A DNA stretch of 64,000 bases from Deltaproteobacteria bacterium (GTDB taxonomy: Bacteria; Myxococcota_A; Polyangia; Polyangiales; Houyiibacteriaceae): contig JAXMNT010000026.1 in assembly GCA_034670305.1 (NCBI GenBank), forward strand, positions 25,402-89,401, in the 5' to 3' direction. The position numbers and the translations under genes were made by a program. Of the stretch, positions 10,240-20,460 are shown in pieces. Numbering within the stretch: position 1 is the first letter of the stretch; each line of letters opens with the position of its first letter. The notes below the pieces were generated by a model. That model was not told the origin of the DNA and did no database searches. It saw nothing but the letters and a program-made list of their open reading frames with translations.

Positions 10240-10473
10240 CCACCGGCACCGGCACCGGCACCGGCACCGACGGCCTCGGCCTCGGCATCGGCATCGGCAT
10301 CGGCTTCGGCATCGGCTTCGCCATCGGCATCGGCATCGGCTTCGGCATCGGCTTCGGCATCGGAGTCGGCTTCGGCATCGGCTTCGGCATCGGCATCGGC
10401 ATCGGCATCGGCTTCGGCATCGGCATCGGCTTCGGAGTCGGCCTCGGCTTCGGCTTCGGAGTCGGCCTCGGCC
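10240..10473. repeat. Hexanucleotide microsatellite (GGCDYC)n, about 39 units, immediately 3' of the 9686-10237 gene
   Basis: caccggcaccggc...ggcatcggcttcggcatc... continues unbroken for about 230 bp. Confidence 0.9.
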
Positions 10474-10843
10474 GCCAGTCCCGCGAAGCGAGCCAGGCCC
10501 GAACAGCGCCCACGAGTCAGGCGACTCGCTGACGTGCACCTGCGCAGCCCGCAGGGCGAGCAACTGGTGCACTCCCCAAGTGATCCCAGAGCGCCGAACC
10601 GACACGGTGCAGCCGAGCGAAGCGAGCCAGCCGTGTCCCCGGGACGGGGTTTGGGGGCCGTGCCCCCAAGCAAGCAAAAGGAGCGCCTGGACGCGCGCAG
10701 CCGCCAAGCGTCCCAATTGCTTCTTCATCGCACACGCTGAAGGCGGCGAGCACGTGCAGGCAGCGACGGGCGCGAATTAGGGCCGCCAGTCCCGCGAAGC
10801 GGGCCAGGCCCGTAGTGTTAATGAATGAAGTGTACACTCAGGC

Positions 10844-11656
10844 ATGCGGGTCGCCTGGGGCACCGACATTCACCTCAACTTCGTCGGCGCCGATGGCGCG
10901 CGCCTCTATGGACAGCAGGTGGCGCGGACCCGGCCGGACGCGTTCATCGTCAGCGGCGACATCGCCGAAGCCACGAACCTCACGCCGTTGCTCCGCACGA
11001 TGGCCGAGGGCGCCCGCCTCCCGTGCGACTTCGTGCTCGGCAACCACGACTTCTACCGGAGCGACATCGACACGGTGCGCGCCGAGATGACCGCGCTCTC
11101 TGCATCCATCGGCTCGTACCTCTCGGTCCAGCCGGCCCGCGAGCTGATGGATGGCGTCGCGATCACGGGCGTCGACGGATGGGGCGATGCACGTCTCGGC
11201 AACCCCGAGGGCACGGACGTGCGCCTGAACGACTTCTTGATGATCCGCGATCTCGCGACGCCGGATTGGAGCGAGCTGCTCGCCCGCTTGCGTCGGCTCG
11301 GAGATCAGGAAGCTGCGCTCGCACAGACCCGGCTCGACGAGGCCTTTCAACTGGCCAAGCACGTGCTCTTCGTGACCCATGTGCCGCCGTTTCGCGCCGC
11401 GTGCTGGCACGACGGCGAGGTCTCGAACGACGCGTGGTTGCCCTTCTTCACCTGCGACGCGGTGGGCAAGGTGTTGCGCCACGCAGCCCGCGAGAATCCC
11501 GACCGGCACATCACGGTGCTCTGTGGGCACACCCACAGCGCAGGCGAAGTCCACGTCGGACCGAACCTGCACGTCTTCACCGGACGCGCCGACTACGGCA
11601 CGCCGGCGTTCGACCTGCTCGAAGTCAGCGCGACCGGCGTCGGCTTCGCCGACTGA
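10844..11656 (+). CDS. Metallophosphoesterase (calcineurin-like phosphoesterase)
   Basis: It has the GTDIH, GDIAE and GNHD metallophosphatase motifs. Confidence 0.7.
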   Translation: MRVAWGTDIHLNFVGADGARLYGQQVARTRPDAFIVSGDIAEATNLTPLLRTMAEGARLPCDFVLGNHDFYRSDIDTVRAEMTALSASIGSYLSVQPARELMDGVAITGVDGWGDARLGNPEGTDVRLNDFLMIRDLATPDWSELLARLRRLGDQEAALAQTRLDEAFQLAKHVLFVTHVPPFRAACWHDGEVSNDAWLPFFTCDAVGKVLRHAARENPDRHITVLCGHTHSAGEVHVGPNLHVFTGRADYGTPAFDLLEVSATGVGFAD

Positions 11657-13184
11657 GTCCGACGCACACCACGCCGAACCACGCCCACGCTGCGCCCTGC
11701 GTACCTCCGGCGGAACAACCACCGACCACGAGGCCGCCCGTCGGGGTCATCGCGGAAGCGTCGCCACCGGTCGGTCCGGCGTCTGCACTCGGGCCGGCGT
11801 CACTGCCCGGTCCCGCGTCTCGCGCACCGGCGTCCACGCCGCACGCGTCGACACCATCGCAGTTCTGGTCGATGCCGTCGCCGCACATGTCCGCTGCGCC
11901 CGGGTAGATGGTCGCGTCGGTGTCGTCGCAGTCCACGCTCGTGTTGTGTCCATCCCCGTCCGCGTCGGCCGGTCCGCCGGGATCGCATTCGCCCGCCGCA
12001 CAGCCCGCGCACGCCTCGCGTTCCACCGCGCCGCCGCTGCAGCGCACCCGCTCGGCGCCCTCGCAGGTCCAGTCCGCGCCGATGTCCGCCGGGCAGCGCC
12101 CCGCCACCGTCGTGATCCGGATCTGGAGCAAGTCGTCCGCGGGACCGCCGCTGTCGGAGAACCACGCGACGCCTTCTTCGACCAGGTTGAAGAACTGCGG
12201 GTAGTCGCCAGGCGCGTCGGGCGCGCGCACGGTGAAGGAGAACCGGCCGACTTCGCCCGGCGGGGTGTTGGCGTCGGGTCCGGTGACCCGGTGACCACCG
12301 AGCCAGTCGCTGCCCTGCATGGGGCTCGTGGCGTCGCGCGGGTTGCTGGTGCCGAGTCGGGTGTTGCTCGTCCAGGTCTCCGATCCGGTGTTGCGCAGAT
12401 CGATGTGCCCGGTGACCACTTCTCCCGGCGCGAGCTCGAACGGTGCGCTCGCGAGCGGGAAGGTCTGGTCGACATACTGTGCGCGGTACGCCGGCGGGCC
12501 GACGAGCTCCTGGTACGACTCGACGAGCGACATGTACGTGGGCGCGTAGACCGTGCCGACGCCGGAGACGTTCATCCGGATGTTGAAGTGCAGGTGGATG
12601 GTGGTGGAGGTGCCGCCGAAGTCGTTGCTCACGAGACCGAGGCGCTGACCGCGCGTGACCCGCTGTCCGCGCGTCACGGCCAAGCGGCGACTGTTCATGT
12701 GCAGGTAGTCGTAGCGGCGTCCGTCGTCGCCGGTCACGTAGACCGAGTAGCTGCCGATGTTGGTGACCGTGCCGGGCGCGCCGGCGACCACCCAGTGCAC
12801 GCTGTCGGTGCACGTCGCGGGGCGGATGTCTTGGCCCTGATGGCCCTGTCCACTCGGGCACAGCGGCATGTCCCAGCTGCGGCTCTCGCAGTAGTTGTCG
12901 TACCAGGGGTAGCTGTAGTTCCGGGTGTCGCACTGGCCGCCGCTCGGACCCATGTAGCCGCCCGGGCCGTAGATCTGCGAGTTCGCGTAGGCCGGCCCGG
13001 CTTCCATCGGAAAGCGCATGCCGGGTGCGTACACTCGGGCGTCCACTCGGCCGGCACCGGCGCGTGGTGCACCGCCACCCGCACTCATCAGGGTGCCAGC
13101 AGGCTCCCATCGGAACTGGGCCTCGGCAGGCGCCGCCAGAGACGCCGCCGCCACCGCCATCACACCGAGCAGCGCGCGGTTCAC
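11625..13184 (-). CDS. M23 (LytM-type) metallopeptidase with an Ig/NBR1-like middle region, a DCDDTD...CDG metal-binding-type motif and a C-terminal MYXO-CTERM
   Basis: The M23 motifs are HQGQD...YLHMNS...GTSTTIHLHF. The C-terminus is [32 protein letters not shown]. It has a signal peptide. The start is probably GTG at 13184. Confidence 0.7.
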   Translation of the reverse strand: MNRALLGVMAVAAASLAAPAEAQFRWEPAGTLMSAGGGAPRAGAGRVDARVYAPGMRFPMEAGPAYANSQIYGPGGYMGPSGGQCDTRNYSYPWYDNYCESRSWDMPLCPSGQGHQGQDIRPATCTDSVHWVVAGAPGTVTNIGSYSVYVTGDDGRRYDYLHMNSRRLAVTRGQRVTRGQRLGLVSNDFGGTSTTIHLHFNIRMNVSGVGTVYAPTYMSLVESYQELVGPPAYRAQYVDQTFPLASAPFELAPGEVVTGHIDLRNTGSETWTSNTRLGTSNPRDATSPMQGSDWLGGHRVTGPDANTPPGEVGRFSFTVRAPDAPGDYPQFFNLVEEGVAWFSDSGGPADDLLQIRITTVAGRCPADIGADWTCEGAERVRCSGGAVEREACAGCAAGECDPGGPADADGDGHNTSVDCDDTDATIYPGAADMCGDGIDQNCDGVDACGVDAGARDAGPGSDAGPSADAGPTGGDASAMTPTGGLVVGGCSAGGTQGAAWAWFGVVCVGLSRRSRRRSR

Positions 13185-13708
13185 TGGCGCACCTCGGTCA
13201 GCTCGTCCGCCAGATCCAGCGCCCAAAACGGGTCCGTGCAACGACGGTCGGTGAACGCGTCGTAGCACTCGACCTCGAGCGAGAACGCGACCCCGTCTTC
13301 GGTCCACGTGACGGCGCGGATCTGTTCGTTGAGGGTGGTGCGCGCCGGTTGCCCGCGGACTTCTTCGAACGCAGGCACGATGCGCTCGAGTTCCTGCGGC
13401 GAGAGCTCAGCGTGCACGTTGTCGGTCGCGTGGAGCGACACGGTCAGGCCGTCTTCGTGCCAGCTGATGGCGTACCAGCGCGGACCGCTCGTGACGAACG
13501 ACTCGGCCGCGAACCGCTCCGGCAGCACGAGCACCCGCGCCATCGGCGCGCCTTCGAGCGCGGTCCGAGACTGAGAGGACAGCCCGAGCACCTCGGGCGC
13601 GGGCGTCACGGCCCCGAGCGGCTGAGAGACCGAACCCTCCGGGGCTCCCTCACACGCCACCGCCGTCAGCAGCAACGCACTCCACACACACCATTTCCAG
13701 CAAACCAT
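13181..13708 (-). CDS. Lipoprotein of unknown function, co-transcribed with the M23 peptidase
   Basis: It has a lipobox (LLTAVAC). Its stop overlaps the start of the M23 peptidase gene. Confidence 0.5.
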   Translation of the reverse strand: MVCWKWCVWSALLLTAVACEGAPEGSVSQPLGAVTPAPEVLGLSSQSRTALEGAPMARVLVLPERFAAESFVTSGPRWYAISWHEDGLTVSLHATDNVHAELSPQELERIVPAFEEVRGQPARTTLNEQIRAVTWTEDGVAFSLEVECYDAFTDRRCTDPFWALDLADELTEVRQ

Positions 13709-13858
13709 GGGCGGAACATCGCAATCTCCACGCCAGGTTCTAGTGAGCTGGAATCATTGATGTTTTTGGCGCGCCCGACCGGCTGCGTCAGGGATCGAGC
13801 CGCGATGTCACGGGCCGGCGTTCAGAAGCTGAGCGGAGGCGGCCGCGCTCGTTTGCGT

Positions 13859-14842
13859 TCAGCAGCAGCCGTCGCCGGGGTAGTGCCAGGTCGACGCGGT
13901 GACGTGGACGTCGGGCATCGGGGTCAGGGCCGCGGCGGTCTTGTCGCAGATGCCGAGCGGCACGTCGCGCAAGAGGAAGTGGCCCTTGCCGTCGTCGAAG
14001 TGCGGCGCCGCGCCGGTGTAGATCGCGACCCGGCCGGTGAAGATGCAGGCTCCGTCGTCCGGGATCGGATCGGCGAACGCGGCCACCTCCACGCTCTCGA
14101 GCCAGAGGTCTTCGTCGAGGCCGTGGCGCGCTTTGTCGAGCATGCGGTAAGGGCGCTTGGATCGCACTTCGACCGTCCCGAAACCAGCGTCGACGATGCG
14201 CGCGAGGTAGTCCTCGAGCGGGAGCGCGCCCGAGAGGCACCACGCACGCAGCTTCGGATCGGACGCGAGGTGCGCGGGCATGGGGCGCGTCGAGACCGGG
14301 TCGCTGAGCACGAGCGCGCCGTGCGGACGCAAGACACGCCGGGTCTCCGAGAGCGCCCTCTGGAGGTCGTCTGGTTCGAAGATGTTGAAGAGGCAGTTCT
14401 GCGCGACCAGATCGACCGACGCGTCGTCGAGCGGCAGCGCCAGCGCGTCGCCTTCACGAAGGTCGACGAACGAAGGGTCGAACCAGTCGTTCACCTTGGC
14501 CGCTTCTTCCAGAAGGGCGCGGGCCACATCGAGCATGGCGACGTTCGTGTCGAGGGCGATCACCGCGCCCGGCCGGCGCAAGAACCAGGCGAGCTGCAGC
14601 GCTTCCATGCCCGCGCCGACCCCGATGTACGCAACCTGGTTCACCCGATCGAGATCGCGCGGGTTCACCGTGCTGCCGCACCCGTAGTTCCGCTCGAGCA
14701 TGGCGTGCGGGACGACGAGCCCCGGCAACTTCCAGACGGGCGACTGAGTACAACACAAGGCCGCGTTGGGCGTCGCCGCCGCATCCGCATACACCTCTTC
14801 GACGACGTCACGATAGTCCACACCCCACCCTACGCCCCCCAC
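13859..14842 (-). CDS. arsM: SAM-dependent methyltransferase, arsenite methyltransferase (ArsM/AS3MT)-like
   Basis: It has [10 protein letters not shown] followed by the SAM motif VAYIGVGAG, conserved Cys (ALCC, YGCG), and [10 protein letters not shown], which resembles the AS3MT family. Confidence 0.55.
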   Translation of the reverse strand: MGGVGWGVDYRDVVEEVYADAAATPNAALCCTQSPVWKLPGLVVPHAMLERNYGCGSTVNPRDLDRVNQVAYIGVGAGMEALQLAWFLRRPGAVIALDTNVAMLDVARALLEEAAKVNDWFDPSFVDLREGDALALPLDDASVDLVAQNCLFNIFEPDDLQRALSETRRVLRPHGALVLSDPVSTRPMPAHLASDPKLRAWCLSGALPLEDYLARIVDAGFGTVEVRSKRPYRMLDKARHGLDEDLWLESVEVAAFADPIPDDGACIFTGRVAIYTGAAPHFDDGKGHFLLRDVPLGICDKTAAALTPMPDVHVTASTWHYPGDGCC

Positions 14843-14863
14843 CCGTCGGCGTTAGCCGACAGG

Positions 14864-15256
14864 GTGCCCGTGCCCGTGCCCGTGCCCTTGCCCTTGCCCT
14901 CGAGTGAAGCCTTCGGCGTCGGCATCGGCTTCGGCATCGGCTTCGGCGTCGCCTTCGGCGTCGGCTTCGGCGTCGCCTTCGGCATCGGCATCGGCTTCGG
15001 CATCGGCGTCGGCTTCGGCGTCGGCATCGGCTTCGGCTTCGGCGTCGGCTTCGGCGTCGGCATCGGCTTCGGCGTCGGCATCGGCGTCGGCTTCGGCGTC
15101 GGCTTCGGCGTCGGCTTCGGCTTCGGCGTCGGCTTCGGCGTCGGCATCGGCGTCGGCTTCCGCTCCGTCCGCTTCCGCCTCCGCCACCGCGTCCGCCACC
15201 GCCACCGCGTCCACTTCCGCGTCGCTCCCGCTCCCCGCGTCCGCTTCCGCTTCCGA
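14864..15256. repeat. Long composite microsatellite: (CCCKTG)n, then (GGCDTC)n, then (CGCNWC)n, about 390 bp, between two minus-strand genes
   Basis: Read directly from the sequence. Confidence 0.9.
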
Positions 15257-16405
15257 CTACCAGGTGATGGTCACGCTGCCCGGTTCGCCTACGTTGCCCG
15301 CGGTGCCGGTGGTCTCTCCGAAGCCGCCGGCCGTGCTGCCCAGCCCGCCGGCCCCGTCGGACGCGGTGCCGAGGAATCCGCCGACCCCGCCCACACCCGG
15401 CACACCACCCGCGCCGCCGGCCGGGGCGAGCGCTCGAATGATGCCTGTCCCCGCCGTGTTCTCCACGGGACCGCCGGCCGCACCGCCGTCTCCGCCGTCG
15501 CCGCCGCGCACCGCGGCAAGTGCCACCACATCGCACGGACGGATGACCAAGGTCGCACCGCCACCGCCACCGCTGCCGCCCGATCCACCCGTCGCCGCTT
15601 GTCGGTCGGGCGTGTTCGTGCCGCCGCCGGTGGTGCCGCCGCTGCCGGGTCCCGCGCCATGTCCGCCCACACCTGCGGGTCCGCCAGGTCCACCGAAGTA
15701 CCCCGCGCCGCTCATGTTCGCGTTGCGGCCCGGCTGTCCGCCGGCGCCACCGTAGCCAGTGCGGATCGTGAGGCGCTCGCCGGGCACCACCGAGACCGTC
15801 TCCGTCGCCGACGGCCGCGCTTCGCCATCGGCGCCGGGGTTGCCGACCACCCGCTGGGCGCCGCCGCGACCGATGCTGTAGCCGCCCCCGCCACCGCCGC
15901 CGCCACCGCCGCCGAACACGGTGATGGTGATCGAACAGACTCCGTCGGGCACGACGAACTCGAGGTCTTCGTTGGCCGGCGCGATCTCGATCGAGCCAGT
16001 AGGCGGGTCGTCGCACACCGGTGCGCCGGCGTCTGGGCTGCAGGTGCTGGCGTCCATCGGCGCGTCGATGCCGCCGTCCAGATCCGCGTCCATCTCCATC
16101 CCGGCGTCCAGGTCGTCCGCGTCCATGAACCCGCCGTCCATGTCGACCGCGCCGTCCATCTCGACCGACGCGTCGTCGAATGCGCCGTCGGCGACATCGC
16201 TGTCGCGGTCCATGGCGCCGTCCGCCCGCGGTGGCGCGTCGGTGCCCGCGTCCCGGGGGGTCGCGGCGTCGAGGCCGCCATCGACCGTTCCGCCGCCGGC
16301 GTCCACGCCCGCATCCACGCCCCCGCCGGTGTCGTCGTCTCCGCACGCCAACGCGCCGACCAGACACAACACCCACGTCAGCTGAACCAGCTTCGTTCCT
16401 CGCAT
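15257..16405 (-). CDS. Glycine-rich secreted lipoprotein with an acidic D/A/G linker and a Gly-rich C-terminal domain
   Basis: It has a lipobox (LVGALAC), a poly-Gly tract (11 G) and GGxGGxG-type repeats, but no collagen GXY periodicity. Confidence 0.5.
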   Translation of the reverse strand: MRGTKLVQLTWVLCLVGALACGDDDTGGGVDAGVDAGGGTVDGGLDAATPRDAGTDAPPRADGAMDRDSDVADGAFDDASVEMDGAVDMDGGFMDADDLDAGMEMDADLDGGIDAPMDASTCSPDAGAPVCDDPPTGSIEIAPANEDLEFVVPDGVCSITITVFGGGGGGGGGGGYSIGRGGAQRVVGNPGADGEARPSATETVSVVPGERLTIRTGYGGAGGQPGRNANMSGAGYFGGPGGPAGVGGHGAGPGSGGTTGGGTNTPDRQAATGGSGGSGGGGGATLVIRPCDVVALAAVRGGDGGDGGAAGGPVENTAGTGIIRALAPAGGAGGVPGVGGVGGFLGTASDGAGGLGSTAGGFGETTGTAGNVGEPGSVTITW

Positions 16406-16517
16406 CCTCAACCCCCTACAAGCCAACCCGTCCGGCCTCGTTCCTCTGCGCTGGAGCCCACCGCGGGTGCCGCGTGAGTGTATCAATGAGGCCGGAGGAT
16501 CGCGACCGACCCCCGCC

Positions 16518-18873
16518 CTACTCCTCCGCGGCTGCGCGTTCCTCGCGCGCGCGCCGCTGGGCCTCGATCGCCCAGTACACCGCTTCGGGTGTCGAGGGAC
16601 ACGCGACGTCGACGCGTTCCGCGCCGCTTCCGAACGCCGCCACCGCGGCGCGGATCGCTTCGCGTGCGCTGAGCGCGAGCATCAACGGAGGTTCGCCGAC
16701 GGCTTTGCTGCCGCCGATGACCGTCGGTTCGGTCGCCCGCGGCATGAGCTCCACGTGAAACGCCTCCGGGCATTCGCCGAGGGTCGGCAACTTGTACGTG
16801 CTCGCCCCGCGGGTGCCGAGCCGGCCGGTCTTCGCATCCCACACGAGCTCTTCGCGGGTGAGCCAACCGAGGCCTTGCATGAAGCCGCCTTCGACCTGGC
16901 CGCGGTCGACGAGCGGCGAGAGCGAGTCGCCGACGTCGTGCAGAATGTCGACGCGTCGAACGTCGTACTGGCCGGTGAATCCATCGACTTCGACCTCGGT
17001 CACCGCCGCGCCGTACGCGAAGTAGTGGAAGGGTTTGCCGACGCCTTTGGCTTCGTCGTAGTGGATGTTCGGGGTGCGGTAGTAGCCGGTCGCGAAGAGC
17101 CGCACCCGCTGCAGGTACGCGGTCTTGGCGATCTCGCCGAAGGACTTCTTCTCGGACGCGCGCCCGACCGGATGCACGAAGCCGGCGCTGAAGACGATGT
17201 CATGTGCGGCGCATCCGAAGAGCGCACCCGCCACGCCCGCCAGTCGTTCACGGATCGCGTCGCACGCGTCCCGCACCGCCGCGCCGTTGAGATCGGTCCC
17301 GCTCGACGCCGCCGTGGCACTGGTGTTCGGCACCTTGTCGGTGCGGGTCGGCATCATGCGGATCGCCGGAAGGTCCACGCCGAGCGCGTCCGCCGCGATC
17401 TGCAGCATCTTCGTGTGCAGCCCCTGGCCCATCTCGGTGCCGCCGTGGTTAAGCTGCACCGAGCCATCCGCGTACAGCAGGACGAGCGCGCCCGCCTGGT
17501 TGAAGAACGCGGTGGTGAAAGAGATCCCGAACTTCACCGGCGTGATCGCGAGGCCGCGCTTCTTGTGCGGGTGGATCGCATTGAACGCTTCGATCGCTGC
17601 CAGCCGCGCCTCGAACTCGGACGACTGCGTGAGGCTCTGCCAGATGTCGCGCGCCCGCCCGGCGTCTTTGATCAACATGCCGTAGTGGGCGTGGTCCCCT
17701 TCTTCGATCAGGTTCGCCGCGCGCACGACGTGCGGCGCCAAACCGGTGGCGCGCGCGATGCGGTCCATGATCTCTTCGATCACGACCATGCCCTGCGGGC
17801 CGCCGAATCCGCGGAACGCGGTCTGCGAGGTCTTGTGGGTTTTGCAGACCCGGCCGCGGACCCGCACGCTCGGCAGCTTGTAGGCGTTGTCGACGTGGAA
17901 CATCGCGCGGAAGAGCACCGGCTTGCTCAGGTCGAGGCTCCAGCCGCCGTCGCTGAACAGCTCGATGTCCGCTGCGAGCAAACGGCCGTCCTCCGCGAAC
18001 GCCACGTCGTAGCGGCCGAGGAAGGGATGGCGTTTGCCGGTCATCACCATGTCGCGCTGACGGTCGAGCCGGAGCCGCACGGGCCGCCCGGTCTTCACCG
18101 CGCCGAGCGCGGCCACGCACGCCCAGAGGTTGGCCTGCACTTCTTTGCCGCCGAACGCGCCACCCATCCGGAGCGACTGGCAGGTGACCGCGTGTTTCGG
18201 GACCTCGAGCACGCGCGCCACGATCGCCTGGGTCTCGGTCGGGTGCTGGGTGCTCGCGTGCACCATCACCTGGCCGGACTCGTCCAGGTAGACGAGCGCC
18301 GCCTGCGACTCCAGGTAGAAGTGTTCCTGACCGCCGACGAACACCTCGCCGCTGAGCCGCTCGCCCGCCGAGAGCGCCGCCTGCAAGTTCTCGGCGCCGT
18401 CCGCGAGCCGCTCGATCGTCAGCGCTTCGGTGTGAAAGCTCTCGTGTGCGATCGCGGCTTCGATGCTCAAGATCGGATCGAGCGCTTCGACCTCGACGGC
18501 GACCTTCGCCGCGGCTTGGCGTGCTTCGGGTTCGGATTCGGCGAGCACCCACGCGACGGCCTGTCCATGGAACTGGACGACCGCCGGGAACATGTCTTCG
18601 TCCAGCGTCGCGGCGCCGATGTTGGCATCCGGCGCGTCGTCGCGCGTGAGCACGGTGGCGACGCCGGGCATCGCGAGCGCGGCGGACGCGTCGACCGACA
18701 CGACCCGCGCGTGGGCGACGTCGACGCACACCGGCCAGGCGTGCAGCACGTTCGCCATGCGGGGTGCGATGTCGTCGGTGTAGAGCGCGGCGCCGGTGAC
18801 GTGCTCGGCGGCGGACTCGTGCGGGATCGCGAGACCCACCTGTCGTTTCTTCGTGATCGCGCCGGAAGTCATT
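16518..18873 (-). CDS. xdhB: Xanthine dehydrogenase molybdopterin-binding subunit XdhB
   Basis: It has the Ald_Xan_dh_C and C2 domain signatures (GGAFGGKE, QGLGW, HGGTEMGQG). The ATG at 18873 overlaps the xdhA stop. Confidence 0.85.
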
Positions 18874-20266
18874 CTGCCGCCTCCGGATGCGCCTCGTGCG
18901 CGAGTTTGAGGATGAGCTGAGAGACCATCGCGGCGCGGTAGCGCGCGCTGCCTCGGTGGTCGTCGATGGGCGTGAAGGCCGTCTCGAGCAAGGGCACCAC
19001 GTCGGCCAGCGCGCTCGGATCGAGTGGTTTTCCAACCAGCGCGGCCTGCGCCGCGTGCGCGCACATCGGAGTCGCGGCGACCCCGCCGTAGGCGAGCCGC
19101 GCTTTGGTGATCAGACCGCCATCGGTCCAGAGCGCGAAGCCCGCGGCGACGGTCGAGATGTCGTCGAGGATGCGCTTGGACACCTTGAAGAAGCGCTGCA
19201 CGTCCGGGAAGGGTTTGGGCACGATCACCGAGCGCACGATCTCGCCCGGCTCGAGCTGGGTCTTGCGGTAGGCGGAGAAGAACCCGTCGAGCGGCACCGT
19301 CCGCTCGCCGCCTTTGCGCGCCAGCACGAGTGACGCATCGAGCGCGAGGAGCGCCGGTGGTCCATCGCCGATCGGCGACGCGTTCACGAGGTTGCCGCCG
19401 AAGGTCGCGCGGTTGCGAATCAACCTGCTGCTGAAGAGCGGGAAGAGTTCGTCGAGCATCGGAAGGCGGCCGTGCAGCGCTTCTTCCAGGAACGCGAGCG
19501 GCTCCCCGGCACCGAGCACGAGCGCGTCGGCGGTCTCTTCGAAGCCGCGCAGCTCGCCGATCGCGTCCAGCGCGACCAGATGATCGAACCGCCGGTCCAT
19601 CTGGTTGACCTCGACGACCACGTCGGTGCCGCCGCCCACGAGTTTCGCGTCGGGCGATGCCTCGAGCAGATCGAAGAGCTCCGCAAGGGTGGTCGGCCGA
19701 TCGAAGCGCACCCCCGAATGTTCGGTGCGCAGGCTCGGGACCTCGAGCGCGGGCGACGCGAGCCGCTTCTGGTGCGGGTCCGCCTCCGACGGAGTTCGAA
19801 GCGAGACGAGCGCCTCCCGAATCGGGCGGTACCCAGTGCAGCGACAGAGGTTGCCGCCGATGGACTCGAGATCCGGTTCGCCCTCGACGCGGCCGTCCCG
19901 GTAGAACTCCGCGAACATGCTGACGACGAAACCCGGCGTGCAGTAGCCGCACTGCGAACCGCCGCGCTCGACCATCGCCGCCTGCACCGGATGGAGGGCC
20001 GACGGGTCCTTCGCGATGCCTTCGACCGTCACGACCTCTTCGCCATGCACCGATGCGGTGAGCATCAGACACGCGTTCATCGGGACGTAGCGGGTCTTGC
20101 CGTCCGGTCCGGTGCGCACGAGCGCCACCGCGCACGCGCCACACTCGCCTTCGGCGCAGCCTTCTTTGGTGCCGGTCCAGCCGCGGTCGCGGAGGAAGTG
20201 AAGAAGAGGAAGGTGGGGGTCGACGTCTGTCTCGATCGCCTCACCGTTGAGTCGGAACCGGATCAT
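18869..20266 (-). CDS. xdhA: Xanthine dehydrogenase small subunit XdhA ([2Fe-2S] and FAD-binding)
   Basis: It has CAEGECGACAV and CGYCTPGF 2Fe-2S motifs, followed by an FAD-binding CO-dehydrogenase-flavoprotein-like domain. Confidence 0.85.
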   Translation of the reverse strand: MIRFRLNGEAIETDVDPHLPLLHFLRDRGWTGTKEGCAEGECGACAVALVRTGPDGKTRYVPMNACLMLTASVHGEEVVTVEGIAKDPSALHPVQAAMVERGGSQCGYCTPGFVVSMFAEFYRDGRVEGEPDLESIGGNLCRCTGYRPIREALVSLRTPSEADPHQKRLASPALEVPSLRTEHSGVRFDRPTTLAELFDLLEASPDAKLVGGGTDVVVEVNQMDRRFDHLVALDAIGELRGFEETADALVLGAGEPLAFLEEALHGRLPMLDELFPLFSSRLIRNRATFGGNLVNASPIGDGPPALLALDASLVLARKGGERTVPLDGFFSAYRKTQLEPGEIVRSVIVPKPFPDVQRFFKVSKRILDDISTVAAGFALWTDGGLITKARLAYGGVAATPMCAHAAQAALVGKPLDPSALADVVPLLETAFTPIDDHRGSARYRAAMVSQLILKLAHEAHPEAAE

Positions 20267-20460
20267 GGACCGACGACCTTAGCGCAGCCTCGCGATCGGT
20301 CGAAGCCGATTCCTGGTCGGCCTCCCTCGCGCCACGTGCGCTCCACGAACCGTCTCGCGAAGCGCGGTCGCGAACGACGAGACAGTCGACTGCTGATGAA
20401 GTCGCACACGAACCATCTGAGTGCCGTCTGCCGCGCCAGCCGGTGCAGGGCGGCCGAGCG

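Noticed and set aside
10517-10837. 106-aa ORF containing a duplicated [10 protein letters not shown] peptide
   Set aside because: The duplication simply reflects the 32-bp direct DNA repeat GGCCGCCAGTCCCGCGAAGCGRGCCAGGCCCG. The region is better explained as a non-coding repeat element.
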